Positions 1-14,254 of a DNA stretch of 64,000 bases are shown here, piece after piece; positions within the stretch are counted from its first letter, which is position 1; every line of letters begins with the position of its first letter. The translations under genes and the position numbers were made by a program. The stretch is from positions 67,580,001 to 67,644,000 of the forward strand of contig OZ024746.1 of assembly GCA_964016885.1 (NCBI GenBank), written 5' to 3'. Origin of the DNA: Eledone cirrhosa. Taxonomy: Eukaryota. Under the pieces are notes generated by a model, which did no database searches, had not been told where the DNA came from, and saw nothing but the letters and a program-made list of their open reading frames with translations.

Positions 1-40
1 CACCGGCCAAATGAGCCTTCTGGCTTAAGACAAACTTTAG
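1..40 (+). mobile_element. 3' tail of tRNA-derived SINE (same family as 3189-3445)
   Basis: accggccaaatgagccttctggcttaaga matches accgaccaaatgaaccttctggcttaaga at about 3411-3439. Confidence 0.55.
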
Positions 41-727
41 ACTTTTTTTTAGATAAAGTTTATACATCGTGTTTTTTTTTTTTATTATTATTATCAGTCT
101 ACATCTGGCAGGGTAACCTTTTTTAGCATTGGGTCGCATGGCTGTGGCGCATCATAGGCAGGCCGCAATACTAAAGACGTCTAGGCGATTTTAATTAGGC
201 ATGCCATTCAGAAGGCTAAACGGGCCTTTGACTACATCGTAAGTCTAGTTGTACATTCCTAAAACATAAGGAGGTGTGGAAATAAATTTACTTTATTCTC
301 TGCATCCTATTTTTTTTTTTTTTTTTTTTGATATTCAGTATATTTTAAAATCAAAAGAATGTGAAAATAGATTTATTTTATTCATCATAAAATTTATTAA
401 AATTGTAGCTTCTATTAGAAAAGTTTTATTAGTGTTGGTGTAGACGCGATCACCACATTGTTTACATTTTCCGAGATGAGAGATGTTGGCGGTTTAATTT
501 AAGGGCTACTGCAGCACTAGAATTCCACTAACCAGTTACCCAAATTGAGTGATTTTCCGGGACATATTGGGAAAACAAATTGCATCTCAGAAACCGTCAA
601 GTACAGAAATACTTGTTTCATCTTCAGCAGCAGAAAGATGGACTGTAGCATCGCACATCACGCATAATATATATTGGCATTATGGTTTGAAAAAACGCTA
701 GTATTTGTGGTTTTTGTTAAAGTTACT

Positions 728-850
728 AATTTCAAATCCAACCGACGTCAACTCGATAGAATGAAGTACCAGTAAAATATTGGATCGATATAATCGAATA
801 TCCTCTTCCCACAAATTGCTGTTCTTGTGCCTAAATTGACAACCAATATT
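728..850 (+). mobile_element. Degenerate copy of abundant SINE family A
   Basis: ttcaaatcc..ccga.gtcaact..gatagaatgaagtaccagt..aattgctg..cttgtgcctaaat motifs shared with copies at 1985, 5798, 6019 and 18307. Confidence 0.55.
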
Positions 851-1104
851 AAATGACACGCTTCGTTATGTCCAAATCTGCCGTAGTGAACGTTTGCTAT
901 ATGGTTGTTCGTCAGTCAGTTCTGACAACAAGCGTTCTAGTTGTTTGAGCAACGGAACAGTCTGTTTATGAAATTAAGTGACAAATAGTTGAGCATTATA
1001 AATACGTGTAGTCTTAACGTAGTTCTCGGGAAGACTCAGCGTGACACAGTGTTTGACAACGTTGGACATTTGAATTACAGATACAACTCATTTTCTCCAG
1101 CTGT

Positions 1105-1222
1105 CTGAACTGAAATAACGTGAAGTAAGGTCTTGGTTAAGGACACAAAATGCTACCGGTAATCGAACTCACAACCTTACGATAATGAGCCGAACACTAT
1201 AACCACTAAATCATGAGCTTTC
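1105..1222 (-). mobile_element. tRNA-derived SINE head (family of 3189-3445), degenerate
   Basis: Reverse complement gives an A-box-like tttagtggtt, a B-box-like gagttcgatt, and gtgtccttaaccaagacctt acttcacgtt resembling 3270-3300. Confidence 0.5.
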
Positions 1223-1769
1223 ATACAACTATATTACAAACTTATTCTAAAATATATTAAATATTGTATATGTTAAAGTTGGATAAGAATAATTCTTTCT
1301 ACGATATATCATTATGAAAGTGGAATTGTCTTTTAGTGAAGATTTTCGTATATTCAATCATATAAAATGTTTATAGATCTTATGGCGTGTCATGTAGTAC
1401 TATGCACTTTATCTGCTATTTGATTTCTATTGTAGCTGCTTCATTTCTTCAGTAAACAATTTTACCAACTAGAATTTATTTTCGCTCAGTAATGATAACA
1501 TAATCAACATGGATGTCTTCTACCTAATCCTCGGGTCATCTCAAGTATTGAGTGTGAAACAGGGTCAACGCAAATATTGGGGAAGCTAGTTGGTCATCAA
1601 GGTCAATTACACTTGTTATACATGTACATATGTGCATTGTTATACCAATGTCTGTTTGTTATGTTTTTTTTTAACTTATGTTATGTCGCTTTAGACAGCG
1701 ATTCTTTCGTTTTACCGAAAAATAATAGTTATGCTCATTACAACTGGACACAGAACACGATACGCTGAA

Positions 1770-2203
1770 TGTAGAAATAGCGACGAGAATAGATTTCTCA
1801 GAAAGCCATTATTATTCTGGCTCTTTATGTTCTGAGTTCAAATCTAGCCGAGGGCAACTATACATTTCAACCTTCCAGGATCGGTAAAATATAACTTGCG
1901 TTTAATTTGATCGACACCGGTTTAATCCACTAAGCTTTCCTCCTAAATATGTGATCTTCTGTAAATTTTGGAAATTATTATTAGTGTGGTGGATAAGGAG
2001 AATCCTTGGGCGGTGAGACAAATGATTTGTAGTATTTTTTCTAGCCCTCTGCATTCTGATTTCAAATCCTGCTGAGGTCAAGTTTACCATACATTCTTTC
2101 AAGGTCGATAAATGAAAGTACCAGTTACGCACTGGAGTCGATTTAATTGACTTTCCCCCCTTTTCCAAAAGTGTTGGCCTTGTGTCTAAATCAGAAACCG
2201 TTA
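1770..2203 (+). mobile_element. Two tandem SINE family A copies
   Basis: Two ttctga(g/t)ttcaaatc...gagg(g/t)caa...ttc..gg.tcg.taaa cores; the second ends ggccttgtgtctaaatcagaaaccgttatt. Confidence 0.7.
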
Positions 2204-2841
2204 TTTACGTTTTGTGTATTACCAATTATGATGCTGAAATCCTTATCCAGTTAAACGTGTATACAAAAACATCCTTTCGAAAAAGAACTCTTATGTCCTT
2301 AATTTACTGAAGATTTGAACAGAAGCCTACATTGTAGCAAGATAAACTGATGTAAATAGTTTACATACACTTTGCCCAAAGGCATTGAGTAGCGCTTGCA
2401 ATGAAATATAAATATTATCACCACCAACACCATCCACTACAGCTGCAAACGCCATGAACACCAACAACAACAAGAATAAGAATAACAACAACTCAATTTA
2501 GCTAAGGGCAAAAATAATAAATGTATTCTCTCTGAAATTAATAGCCATAATAGTATGTACTTCAATGAACGAGTCAGCTGAACGAACTGAAGTATATTTT
2601 CAAAGATGAACGCTGAAACCATCCTCTCTGTCCAAAGTACATTTCATAATCTAATGACAAATTCGATTCTCTTATTTCATTTCTCTCTTTATTATGAAAA
2701 GTTGTACTCACCAGGTTTTTCTTTAACATCTTTGAAATACTTTTATCGATTATATTTATATTTGTCTATGATTAGCCAGTTTAACTAATCAGAATTCAGT
2801 GCAATTCTCATTCTATTTTTTCTAATTTTCTCTCTCCAGCC

Positions 2842-3007
<166 letters not shown>

Positions 3008-3145
3008 ATCTATCTATATATATGCGTATGTATGTTGCATTTCATCCTTTCGGGGTTGATAAAATTAAGTATTAATTGAGGGCGGTGGAGTAGCAAAACC
3101 ATTAGAAATTCAGTCAAAATGCCTTGTATTTATATATATATACAT

Positions 3146-3182
<37 letters not shown>

Positions 3183-3188
3183 CAAGGT

Positions 3189-3445
3189 GGAGGCACGTGG
3201 CCTAGTGGTAAGATTGTTGGACTTACTATCATAATGTCGTGGGTTCAATTCCTGGGTTGCGTGTTGTGTTCTTGAGCAAAACACTTCATTTCACGTTGCT
3301 CCAGTATACTCACCTGAAATTGAGTACCAGCAAAAGCTGGAGGTTTAACCCTGCGATGGACTGGCGTCCTTTTACTGTCAGTCGCTTCACGCCATGAAAC
3401 CGGGATAAGTACCGACCAAATGAACCTTCTGGCTTAAGAAAAAAG
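3189..3445 (+). mobile_element. tRNA-derived SINE, near full length
   Basis: Head ggaggcacgtggcctagtggtaag (A box) and gggttcaattcc (B box), followed by body gttcttgagcaaaacacttcatttcac...ccctgcgatggactggcgtcc. Confidence 0.75.
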
Positions 3446-3469
3446 GATATATACAAGGCATTTTGACTA

Positions 3470-3905
3470 AATTTATAATGGTTTTGCTGCTCCACCGTCC
3501 TCAATTAATACTTAATTTTATCAATCCTGAAAGGATGAAATGCAACGTTAACCTAGGTGGGATTGAATATCAAAGCGTAATCAGTCCAAACAAATACTGC
3601 GAGACATCTGTAGCTCTAACTGCTCTGCCAATTCACCGCCTTTAAGCCGAAAGACAGATCACATCTAACACCGAACTAGTCCACAACGAGATATGTACGG
3701 AAAGGACTAGAAGAAATGCTACACAGCATCTTGTCCGGCGCCATAATAATTTCACCAAGTCTTTGACCTAGGCTGATAGCTTCTTTTATCGACTCAGAAA
3801 GGAGGACAGATAAAATTGATCCCGGTAGGATTTCAAATAAAAACACAGTGAGCCGGAACAATTACCGCAAAGTATTTTATCCTACACTCTAACAGCTCTA
3901 CCAAC
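3470..3905 (-). mobile_element. Two degenerate SINE family A copies
   Basis: tacttaattttatcaatcctgaaaggatgaaatgcaacgttaacct and ttttatcgactcagaaagga are reverse complements of the family core. Confidence 0.55.
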
Positions 3906-4252
3906 TCACTACCTATTGCAACCAGATCAAATGACTGTCTAAGACTCGCTGGCTAACTTGAATAACTAATATTTCTAAATCGATTCACTCGATCTAAATG
4001 TCCCTTGTGAGTATAGTTGTGTAACTTAAGTAAGCCACTCCCACGCAGGTGAATGGCCTTGTATCTAATCATAAAGAATCAATATTTGAAGTATGAAGTA
4101 AATTATGATTCAGACGTTTGACTCTGTAGAACATATAACTAACTGTAGTATAGGATGTGCTTTCGGCTCATTTTTATATTTAAATCTCACAGGCGTTGGT
4201 TTTACCATTCATCTATCTCCTATCAATATTATTAGTTGCAATAATATGATGT

Positions 4253-4452
4253 NNNNNNNNNNNNNNNNNNNNNNNNNNNNNNNNNNNNNNNNNNNNNNNN
4301 NNNNNNNNNNNNNNNNNNNNNNNNNNNNNNNNNNNNNNNNNNNNNNNNNNNNNNNNNNNNNNNNNNNNNNNNNNNNNNNNNNNNNNNNNNNNNNNNNNNN
4401 NNNNNNNNNNNNNNNNNNNNNNNNNNNNNNNNNNNNNNNNNNNNNNNNNNNN
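4253..4452. other. Assembly gap (200 N)
   Basis: Run of N. Confidence 1.
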
Positions 4453-4584
4453 AGAGAGATATGTAGATAGAAACATTGTAAAATATTCTTATTTTGGCAC
4501 AAGGTAATAAATTGTTGGGGTAGAGATATAGACGTGAGTACCATTCTGACTACATTACTGGTACATATATGTTATGGACAGTAG

Positions 4585-4808
4585 AATAATGGTTTCTTAT
4601 ATAGGCACAAGGCCAGCAATTTTGGGGGAAGGGAAAGTCGATTAAATCGACTCCAGTGAGGGCATGATTGGTACTTTCTTTTATCGACCCTGTAAAGGTG
4701 AAAGGCAAAGTTAACCTCGGCGGGATTTGAACACAGAACGTAAAGGACCGTAACTCTATGCTGCAAAGCATTGAGCCCGACGCTCTACTGATTCTGCAAA
4801 TCCGCCCT
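4585..4808 (-). mobile_element. SINE family A, near full length
   Basis: ggcacaaggccagcaattttggggg...tttatcgaccctgtaaaggtgaaaggcaaagttaacctcggcgggatttgaacacagaacg. Flanked by a direct repeat tggacagtagaataat (about 4575 and 4810), a likely TSD. Confidence 0.8.
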
Positions 4809-5271
4809 TTGGACAGTAGAATAATAACAGGTAAAGTCGACTGTGGTTGTGTTTAAAGTCAGAATGTATAAGGGGGGATGGGATGCAACTGAATACCATG
4901 TAGCATTTTGTTCAATGTTCTACCAACAATATCAAAACCCATGTACGGCTTCTCCACTAAAAGTTCCCTATTCTTGCGTAAAAGCATTAGGTTGTGAAAT
5001 ATATATCTTTCACTTTCCACCTTCCTTCTTTCTTACCCCTAACTACCTATAACTCACTCAACCCCCGATTCCTCAACCCTCACTTACATAAAACTACTAG
5101 AGACTACACACAACTACATCGTCTACACAACCCACCAAAACTATAGTTTCACTATCTTTATATCAGTATAATTTTTCACACTTGGCATCGAGATATTGTG
5201 AGAATAAGTCTCTATCATGGCTCACTGGAGAATATAAATATGTCAACAATTATAGAACAGAGACTTTAGGG

Positions 5272-5565
5272 CAGTCATGGGCAACCTGCGGCCCGCGAAG
5301 CTTTCTGGATGACTCGCCTAAGTCATCACCTAAGTGAAACCTTTCTGATGTTTTTACCCCAACTTTTCAGTCGTAATTTATTTTTCTATCATTTTTACGA
5401 TCGAGGAAAACAACGTGTACGAATTCTGAAGAAACAAATCAAAACAACCTGAGTTACCGCCCTTTTTTAATGTGGACACGAATATTAATTAGCGCTTGCG
5501 GCCGCCTTGTGATAAGTTATATCGCATGCGGCCCCCTTCTCGAAAAAGGTTGCCAATAATACCTG
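5272..5565. mobile_element. hAT (Charlie-like) non-autonomous MITE
   Basis: Imperfect TIRs cagtcatgggcaacct / aggttgccaataatacctg, subterminal gcggccc motifs, and an 8-bp TSD ctttaggg / ctttagag (7/8 match). Confidence 0.75.
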
Positions 5566-5797
5566 CTTTAGAGAATATATCTTGATCAAAGCCCTGGTAT
5601 TAGTGAATACATAGAAAAACAGTATCCATGTTGCTGTTACTGGCTTTAATGTAGAACTGACACCGTGGTTTATAAAAACATCTGAGATTTAAGCCTAAAT
5701 TGTATCATTTTCGTTCAACGCTAAATGTTTTAGGAACATATATTTAAATAATTTTTAACATCCAGAAAATTATAGATAAGCATATTCGTTATTATTT

Positions 5798-6208
5798 TGG
5801 TGGATTGGAAGTATCTGTAGATCATCGGACAACATGCTTCGTGGCACAGAGTTACGGCCCTTTGCGTTCTGATTTCAAATCCCACCGAGATTAGCTTTGC
5901 CTTTCATCCCTACGGGGATCAATAAAATAAAATACTAGCAACGCACTGGAGTCGATTTAATCGACTTTCCCCAACTCCCCAAAATTGCTGGCCTTGTGTC
6001 AAAATCAGAAACCATTATTTGTGGATTGGCAGTATCAGTAGAGGGTCGGACGCCATGCTTTGATGCAAAGAGTTCCGTCCCTTTACGATCTGAGTTCAAA
6101 TACCGCCGAGGTTAACTTTGCTTTTCATCCTTACGGGTTCGATAAAAAAAAGTACCAGCAATGTACTGGGCAATTGCTGGCCTTGTGCAAAAAGTAGAAA
6201 CAATTATT
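5798..6208 (+). mobile_element. Two tandem SINE family A copies
   Basis: Each begins tggtggattgg(a/c)agtatc, has the ttcaaat.cc.ccgag.tta.ctttgc.tttcatcc core, and ends ggccttgtg..aaa...agaaac.attatt. Confidence 0.8.
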
Positions 6209-6554
6209 TTGTTTAGTCACAATTATTTCCCACTATTACATGGGATTGTTTACATGTGGCTGCAGTCAGCAAACCAGTGTATCGACTAGACTGTTGCTTG
6301 AAGAGAAATCAACAAATTTCGAAATTCAGAAAGTGGAATTATTATACTTGGCATTCCAACGATTTTAAAGTGCAGTCCAAATAGTTTTTCGCTAGTAGAC
6401 TTAGTATCTTCAGGTTATAAATATTCAATAGGATTCCACATGCAGAAATATCAGCCACACATGCAGCAACTAAATCAATATTCATATCTATCTGTTTATC
6501 TCTCACTCTCTCTTTCTCTATCTATCTATATCTATCTATCTATCTCTATATATG

Positions 6555-6601
<47 letters not shown>

Positions 6602-6603
<2 letters not shown>

Positions 6604-6882
6604 GATATTAAATAAATGGAAACTATATTTATAAAACCATATTTATTTCATTATACATATTTCAGGGATACCAAATTAAAATATGGCATGCCTTCGTCAG
6701 ATAAAATACAATATATAAACAGTTTTATAAATAATTTTGACGTACCCTATTAGAAGCGATTTATAAATATAGTTTCCATTTATTTAATATCGTACATCTA
6801 CTCCAAAAACTTGTCGAGTGCTTTATATCAGTTATAAAATATTTACTTGTTGTATCCCAACAATTTTAAATAACACTTTTGC

Positions 6883-6883
<1 letters not shown>
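6602..6883. mobile_element. Small PLE pLTR-derived foldback element with hammerhead
   Basis: About 34-bp inverted repeat 6602-6635 / 6760-6794. Homologous to 40490-40888; tail repeated at about 7000-7087 and inverted at 23494-23566. Confidence 0.65.
6644..6708 (-). ncRNA. Type I hammerhead ribozyme motif
   Basis: Reverse complement: tattttat-CTGACGA-agg..cct-GAAA-tatgt-ATA-atgaaata; stems I and II pair, stem III is minimal. Confidence 0.7.
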
Positions 6884-6950
<67 letters not shown>

Positions 6951-7082
6951 GTATTGTTAAAATCGTTTTTTTTGGAAAGAGATCTTAAAGAATTCCATTT
7001 TTACTCCAAATATTTGTTGAGTGCTTTATATCAGTTATAAAAATATTTGCTTGTTGTATCCCAACAATTTAAATAGAACTTT

Positions 7083-7200
<118 letters not shown>

Positions 7201-7625
7201 TATATATATATATATATGAGTGCGTGTGTGTGTGTGTAGCCATCTATATATTGTGGAAAGATATATATTGCATGTGAGCACATATGAACTTATATATGTA
7301 TTAATGTTTATATGGAGTGAGAGAGAAGGAGAGCTAGAGAACGTTTTGTAAATTCGACGATGACAAATGAGTGATGACTACTAAAATGGTTTTATTGATA
7401 TTGTCTACTCTTCAATGAATCAATTTAGCTGTAACAAGTTATATCGAACATAATAAAATTATGATATGAGTCTTCATTTTCCACATGAAAGGTAAAAACT
7501 GAAAATATTCGTGTCACAAAAATACGGTCGAACAGGTGTAAATATTAGAGATGCGCTAAGCAGACGAAACACACACACACAGACACACACAAACACACAC
7601 ACACATATATATATATATATACAAA

Positions 7626-7660
<35 letters not shown>

Positions 7661-7753
7661 TATATATATATATATTTGTATATGTATATATATATATAAC
7701 GGCGATGAATTAGTTTTGCGAGGTTTTTTATATGAAATCGTGTGTCGAAACAA

Positions 7754-8070
<317 letters not shown>

Positions 8071-11000
8071 AAGCCCGGAGACATATCACTAACACGATGT
8101 TACTGTCGTTAAAAGACTGAAAGTACAAGATACTTCCCTGAACAGGAGGCTGCTGCACCAGTTGTTACTGGTATTCATTTGCAATTGCATAGATTGAAAT
8201 AACGAAGTTAAGTGTTCTGCTCAAGAATAAAACGTGTTGCTCGACTGGGAATCGAACCCAACTTTGTAACTACTAGGCAATAATGTTAATTGATGTTATC
8301 AATATATTTTCATTGTAAAATTCGAGCCATGCGTTTCAAATTCACAAAGTAGTTATACAATTTCCATTTAAGGCGTTTATCTAAGCATCAAACTCACTTA
8401 CGAATTTCACCAATCAACAAGGAAAACACACGCTTGGCTGCGCAACCAAATACAAATCTTTTGGTTACGATTTATTTGAAAATTAAATTTTAGGTGAGGG
8501 CTACACCGTTCAACCAGAAAGTAAGTACAAGAATCAACTTTGAGAAAATGACTAATCCCATAATCCAAACTATTTCATAGATACGTATTTCCATGGGTTT
8601 ACCATCAGTCTGAAGTGTAAGTAGGAAGGGGACAGAGCTAAGATGATTCAAAAATTGTATCTGTATAGTAATTTCAATAAATACCAGTTTTGACTAAATG
8701 ATAGAGTCAAGAAATGTTAATTTCGTGATCAATTTGTAAGTTGGCGAGGTTTAGGTGAGGTTAGAATTAGAGTTAAATTATTGATTTAACCTAAGTTTAA
8801 TATTTAGCAAGATTAAATATAAAGTTTTCGCAAATAGAATATATTTGATAATATCTATCCATGTTTATTATCTCGCATAAAATATCTAAAACAATTGAAG
8901 CAGATAACATTTATGTGTTTCTTATATCAATTATCATATCAAAATGGATGACATAAATTTGATAAGGATTTAAGAAATAACTATATTAGATTGTAGCTAT
9001 CGTTAAAAGGATAAATCATCTTTACTATTTACATATAAGTATCATTTTTCTTTTGCCTTTTCCCACGTGACTTTAGCTAAATGAAGTCACACACATAAAG
9101 TATAAATATTTGCTCATTTCTAGTAGCTAAAGTTTTCTGTTATGTCCTACATAACGTGAATAGAGAAGTTAGACACTCAAGAAGAAATCATAATTCACTT
9201 ACTGCATGTACTTACATCCATCTATTGCAAATTCGTTAGTATTTAATTCAATTTGACTTCCATCTATCTCTTGTTTATAAAACATGTATCCGTTATTGTT
9301 ATGCAACTGTAGATCAATGCTGATCCTGCAATCCTATAGAAAATACATACTGTGATAGATGTGATCCTATCGTGAAGATTTAAAAGTCAAATGTTTCGGA
9401 AAGGAAATGCAGTGAAAGCAAGAAGTGGAACTGGGGAGCCAAATTGATGTGATGTGAGAGAATCAGATTATGAAGTCGGGTAAATTGAGAGTAAATGAAC
9501 GAAAAATAATAAATGGGAAAGGGATAATTATAGTATGTTCGTCAGGGTGTTCTCAAAGATAGCAGGTTGGTGGTAACGTACTGGAAAACATCGAACAAAC
9601 ATACTTATCCGTATAGGCACCTATATTCACAGGCATATATGTACATCATCGAACATATGCATGCAGATATATGCGCACATACGCGGCCATACAGTTACAC
9701 TCATATACACAGGTGTGCGAGGGAAATCTCAAAGAAGCGTGAGGTATATGTAAGCCTGTAAAAAGACCAACATAAATATTCTTTATATGTGAGTGTAACT
9801 AACTGCATAAAGGTGTGCAAATGTTCTATATTGCCTCACACTTACATCATATCTTCATCTAAACCACTGTATTTTCTTTTCTCCACTCTTTCACAGCAGA
9901 GAGCCAGGCTACGAACATTTTTAATATTGATGACGGGAATTACCTCGGGGGTGCGTTCTGTATACTGAATACAAATACGATATAAACACAGGTGTAATAT
10001 ATTGTGTTGTGATTCTTCAATTAACAAAGTTTATCATTGCAACTATTACACAAACGTTCCCAGTAGAGATGTTTACAATAAAAAATAACAGAAGTCAAAT
10101 GAGTTATATCCAATAATATCAGCCAACCAAAAGGTTTTGTAAATAAAGATGATACAACACCTACCTCATTTTTCACTCTCAATTCTCAAGGCAATTAGAC
10201 TAATTAACATTCTAGGAATGAATTTTTCTATTAACGAATTGATCTAGATTTATGCAAGATATATGCAGCAGCTTCATTATATTCCAAAATTCTGTCGTAT
10301 TGAACTTATCTATAGCGGAGGGTCAGACAATGCACTTTGCAATGTTGTGGTTTATATATTTATTTTGTTTTTACTATTTATTCAGGAAGAAAAGCCATGA
10401 TCTTTCTCGTGCCCTCCCAGACTGGGTGGAGGAGATACAGTACACCTCAACCTAAAGACAAGAAGCCAAAAATAAACAACGTTAAAAGCACCAAAGGGAT
10501 AGGTGATTGTGTAAACCTAGCGCTAGATTACGTTTGCCACGCAATCAAAATCAGAATGAGACCGGGTAAGGCCGGAACTTCTACTTCAAATGTCGTTCGA
10601 TGTTCTAACAATTCCGCCAAGCTGTCACTCTGAACTGACACGATGGACTATAAATAAGCGCCAACTGGGAACTAAAAGATAAATCCCTTAACAACGCCGG
10701 CATCCGCAGATGTCAGTTAAAGATTAGCCAAATTGAAAATATGTGATGAGCTGTTCTCATAACGGAACTATTGATAAACGGTCGGATGTTGGTCAGAGTG
10801 TTCTGAAAAATCGAATCTAACCAAGGCATGGCATTGTAGTGAAAAGGTCGATGCACTGAAAGACATACTGAGTCGAGCATATGTATCGATACATTTGCCT
10901 GCAGCTTTTTGTTTTCTCGACGAACCGATGCACCGTGAAAATTTAAATCTATAATTAAGTTTTCATATAACCTCTTGCATACAGCGATCCGTGCAATACA

Positions 11001-11219
11001 TAAAAATAATAATAATAATTATTATTATTTTTATTTTCTTTCATTATTGTTTCTGAGATATATGCCGAGTATCTTCCTAACACCTAGAGCAAATAAATTC
11101 ACAGTATGCATTGGTAAGCCAGTTAATACAGCACATTGATTATAATTAAAAAAATAAAAAACAGTATATACACATGTGCATATGCATATGTAAATACAAG
11201 GAGGGATATCAATCTTACA

Positions 11220-11374
11220 GAGATAGTGCTCTTCTCAATACGTGTGCAGTACCAGTCAAAACAATTTTTTGCACCTCATTCGCAAATATTGTTCTGTTCC
11301 TTTCTTGATCATTCCCAGTCCTCCCACAATCACTGGTATTGTAACGGCCTGAGGTGCCACATTTTCTCAATTTC

Positions 11375-11376
<2 letters not shown>
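11220..11376 (-). mobile_element. Degenerate R4/Dong-like LINE 3' fragment
   Basis: Resembles 11575-11760 (cattcccag..c..c.acaa.cactggtattgt...ccacattt); abuts (TTA)n. Confidence 0.55.
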
Positions 11377-11427
<51 letters not shown>

Positions 11428-11574
11428 AGTTGCATTTATCTTGCTTTATGTTCATACGAGTTATCACCAAGTCACAACCAGTGACCTCAAGAGACAACAA
11501 GGTCCGCCATGTTCAAGAAAGAACATACATACTCACACATACATCTTTAGTGTTTAGACTTGTGATGTACTTAT

Positions 11575-11935
11575 ATTGACAGAATCTTCCTTAGTATATG
11601 GGCAGTTCCCATTAGTACTATCTTTTGTATTTCTCCTATACGCGGGTTTCCTGGGATTTGCGATCAGTAATCATTAGACTCCTTAGGTATCATTCCCAGA
11701 GCGCCTACAACCACTGGTATTGTTTTAGTTCTCAATTTCCACATTTTTCCAATTTCTATCTCCAGGTCCTTATACTTGCTCAATTTTTCAAATGTTTTTA
11801 TAGATACATTCTTGTCTATTGGAACAGACATATCAATTAGCAGGCATACCCTCTTTTTAAAGTCCTTCAATATTATATCAGGTCTATTTGCATCTATTTT
11901 TCGGTCTGTTTGGATGCTAAAGTTCCACAAGATTG
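11575..11935 (-). pseudogene. R4/Dong-clade LINE restriction-like endonuclease (RLE) fragment
   Basis: WNFSIQTDRKIDANRPDIIL..LIDMSVP..EKLSKYKDL..IPVVVGALG, the RPD..D..K..KY RLE signature. Confidence 0.85.
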
Positions 11936-11981
11936 AGATGTGATCTTTTTCAAGTACGGGAGGGGGTTGATGCTCCCACCA

Positions 11982-12030
<49 letters not shown>

Positions 12031-12239
12031 GGCGACCTACGTAGGAAATCGTATTATCGTGAGCTCCGCAAAGGTTTGTTATTTCCGTTTGTTTAAAAAT
12101 TGCCATTTATGGAAAATTTTATTGTAAACTGTTTATAAGCACACATACATTGTTTTCCGAAAAGGACACCCAAAAAGATTGGGGCCTTGTGCCCAAAATT
12201 TTAACTTTTATTATTATCCAAAAATTTCTTTGAAAAAAA

Positions 12240-14220
12240 ATGGCTAATTCCCCTCTGCACGAAGCAGCTGAAAGCCTTCCTCACAAAATAACACCTCACA
12301 CCGACACCACCATTGTAAATGTTACTACGTTTGCCAACACAAAAAAAAATATAAGCAGTAGCAATATTTTAAATTTGTCTCAGGCAGACATTCATTTCCC
12401 GCCATTACCAATGACTGCAGGTGGTAAACCCTCCACCACCACCACCGCGACAACCACCACCACCACCACCACCGCGACAACAGAAACAAAAGAAGAAAAA
12501 AATAAATTAACTCGTGACGTCGAAATGAAATCAAGCAAAATGGACTCTTCCCCACCAAAGACGACTGACGTCACCACCACCACAACTGAAAATAAAATTA
12601 ATATTAACGATAGCAACAACAACAACAATGACATTATAAAACCGACCCTCAGTTTCGCCATCGTAGCAAAACAATTCGAAGCGTTCACGGTAACTCAAGA
12701 AGATTTAGAAAATGCCAAACAAATGGTAAAGAAAGATGGGTACAGGGTCAGCCTCACCTCCCCCCCCCCCACACCTAATAAAATGGAGCATCGGCGCCTG
12801 TGCACCGTGTCGTATAGAACAATAAATGTAAAATCGCGCCGAGTGGAACGGGCATCCGAGTCCCAAATCCAAAAAGCTTTGGGACATGTGTGGGCAAGAA
12901 AAACCCACATCAGACGTGGGCAAAAGTATGGAACCGTGGATGTGTTCTTTGAAACACCAGATGAGGCTAGAGAACACTCCATGGCCCCATTAAAAAGTGA
13001 CGACCTCACACTCGTCCCAAGCTATTGTGGCCAGAGACTCGTAAAGATCAGGGTGACCCCCGTTCCACCGGCCATCGAAATTCCCTGGCTAATAGCGGCT
13101 GTCCTCGCCGGCATCGAAGCCAACACAAAAATAATAGCAGTAGCAAAAGTAAAGCAGGAAAACTGGTCCGGATCTGGGATGGAGCTCCTGATCCAAGCGG
13201 ACCAAAAAAGCATTGAGGAGATCCCAGAGGTAATAGACCTCACTGACGGCAGCCACCTCACGGTAATTGTCGAGGGCAGAAGACCTAGGTGTGTCGTTTG
13301 CGGTGAAGGAACCCACCTAAGGGCTTTCTGCCCTCAGGCTAAAAGGTTGAGGCCACCTCTCCTACCCACCCCAGTGACACAACCATCAACACCACCAGTA
13401 GCAGAGATGGTAGCAACAACTGTAGCAGCAACAACAGAAGCAACTATAACAGCAACAACCCCAGCAACAGTAGCAAAACCAACACCACTACCACCACCAG
13501 CAAAACCAACACCACCACCACCCAACGCTTCAGAACTAGCACCAGCGCCTACACCATCCACCACACCACAACCAAAACTAACGGCTGTGGAGGATTTTCC
13601 ACTCCCCGGCCTATCACAACTGGAGACAGATTGTGACGACGAGGAGTGGGAAACGATATCCGGAAAAAAAAAAGAAACCAAAAAAGAAAAAATTCTCTTC
13701 CTTCCCCCTCCAAAAACAAAATACAGAGGGAAACAAATAAACTAAGAAACAAAAAAGTTAGGACAGATATGCCACCATCCACACCAGCATCACCAACCCC
13801 ATCAACCCAAACACCAACACTATCACCATCATTATCCCCAGCACCACCATCACCTACACCACAAAAGTCACCAAAATGCGAAACAGAAACAAACCCACAA
13901 CAAACGCAAACAAAACAAAACAACCAAAACGATACACACTACACAGCATTAAATTTGAACAACAAGCAATTATTACACTACATCCAACACAACACCAGCA
14001 TCACAGAAAAAGACTACACAACAACCCAAAATTCACACCACCTCCACACATACAAATCACTCGCATCACACAGAAAACGTACATGACACTAAAACAAAAA
14101 TTCCCCAAAGACATCGGAGACTTCCGACAAGCACTCTCCAGGAGGATTTATAAGGACATCCTTCCTGAGGAGGCCACAAGCAGTGAAAAGGATGGAAAAG
14201 CCGTACGAGAAGTAAGGTAA
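12240..14220 (+). CDS. Tx1 ORF1 (gag-like nucleic-acid-binding protein), apparent frameshifts near 13670 and about 14030
   Basis: RRM-like GTVDVFF, CCHC knuckle CVVCGEGTHLRAFC and a Pro/Thr-rich tail; reading continues in ORFs 13646-14086 and 13876-14220. Confidence 0.75.
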
Positions 14221-14254
14221 GTGGTCTTTCCCATCTTTTCCACTCCTTTTCAAC

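Noticed and set aside
3189-3260. Possible tRNA gene
   Set aside because: A and B boxes are present, but the acceptor stem does not close and the sequence continues into a SINE body.
8735-8795. Telomere-like ttagg/gttag words
   Set aside because: Too short and irregular to call a telomeric repeat or Helentron end.
8300-10990. Possible host exons in the least repetitive stretch
   Set aside because: Only short ORFs with no recognisable domain or convincing splice pattern; cannot be supported without transcript data.
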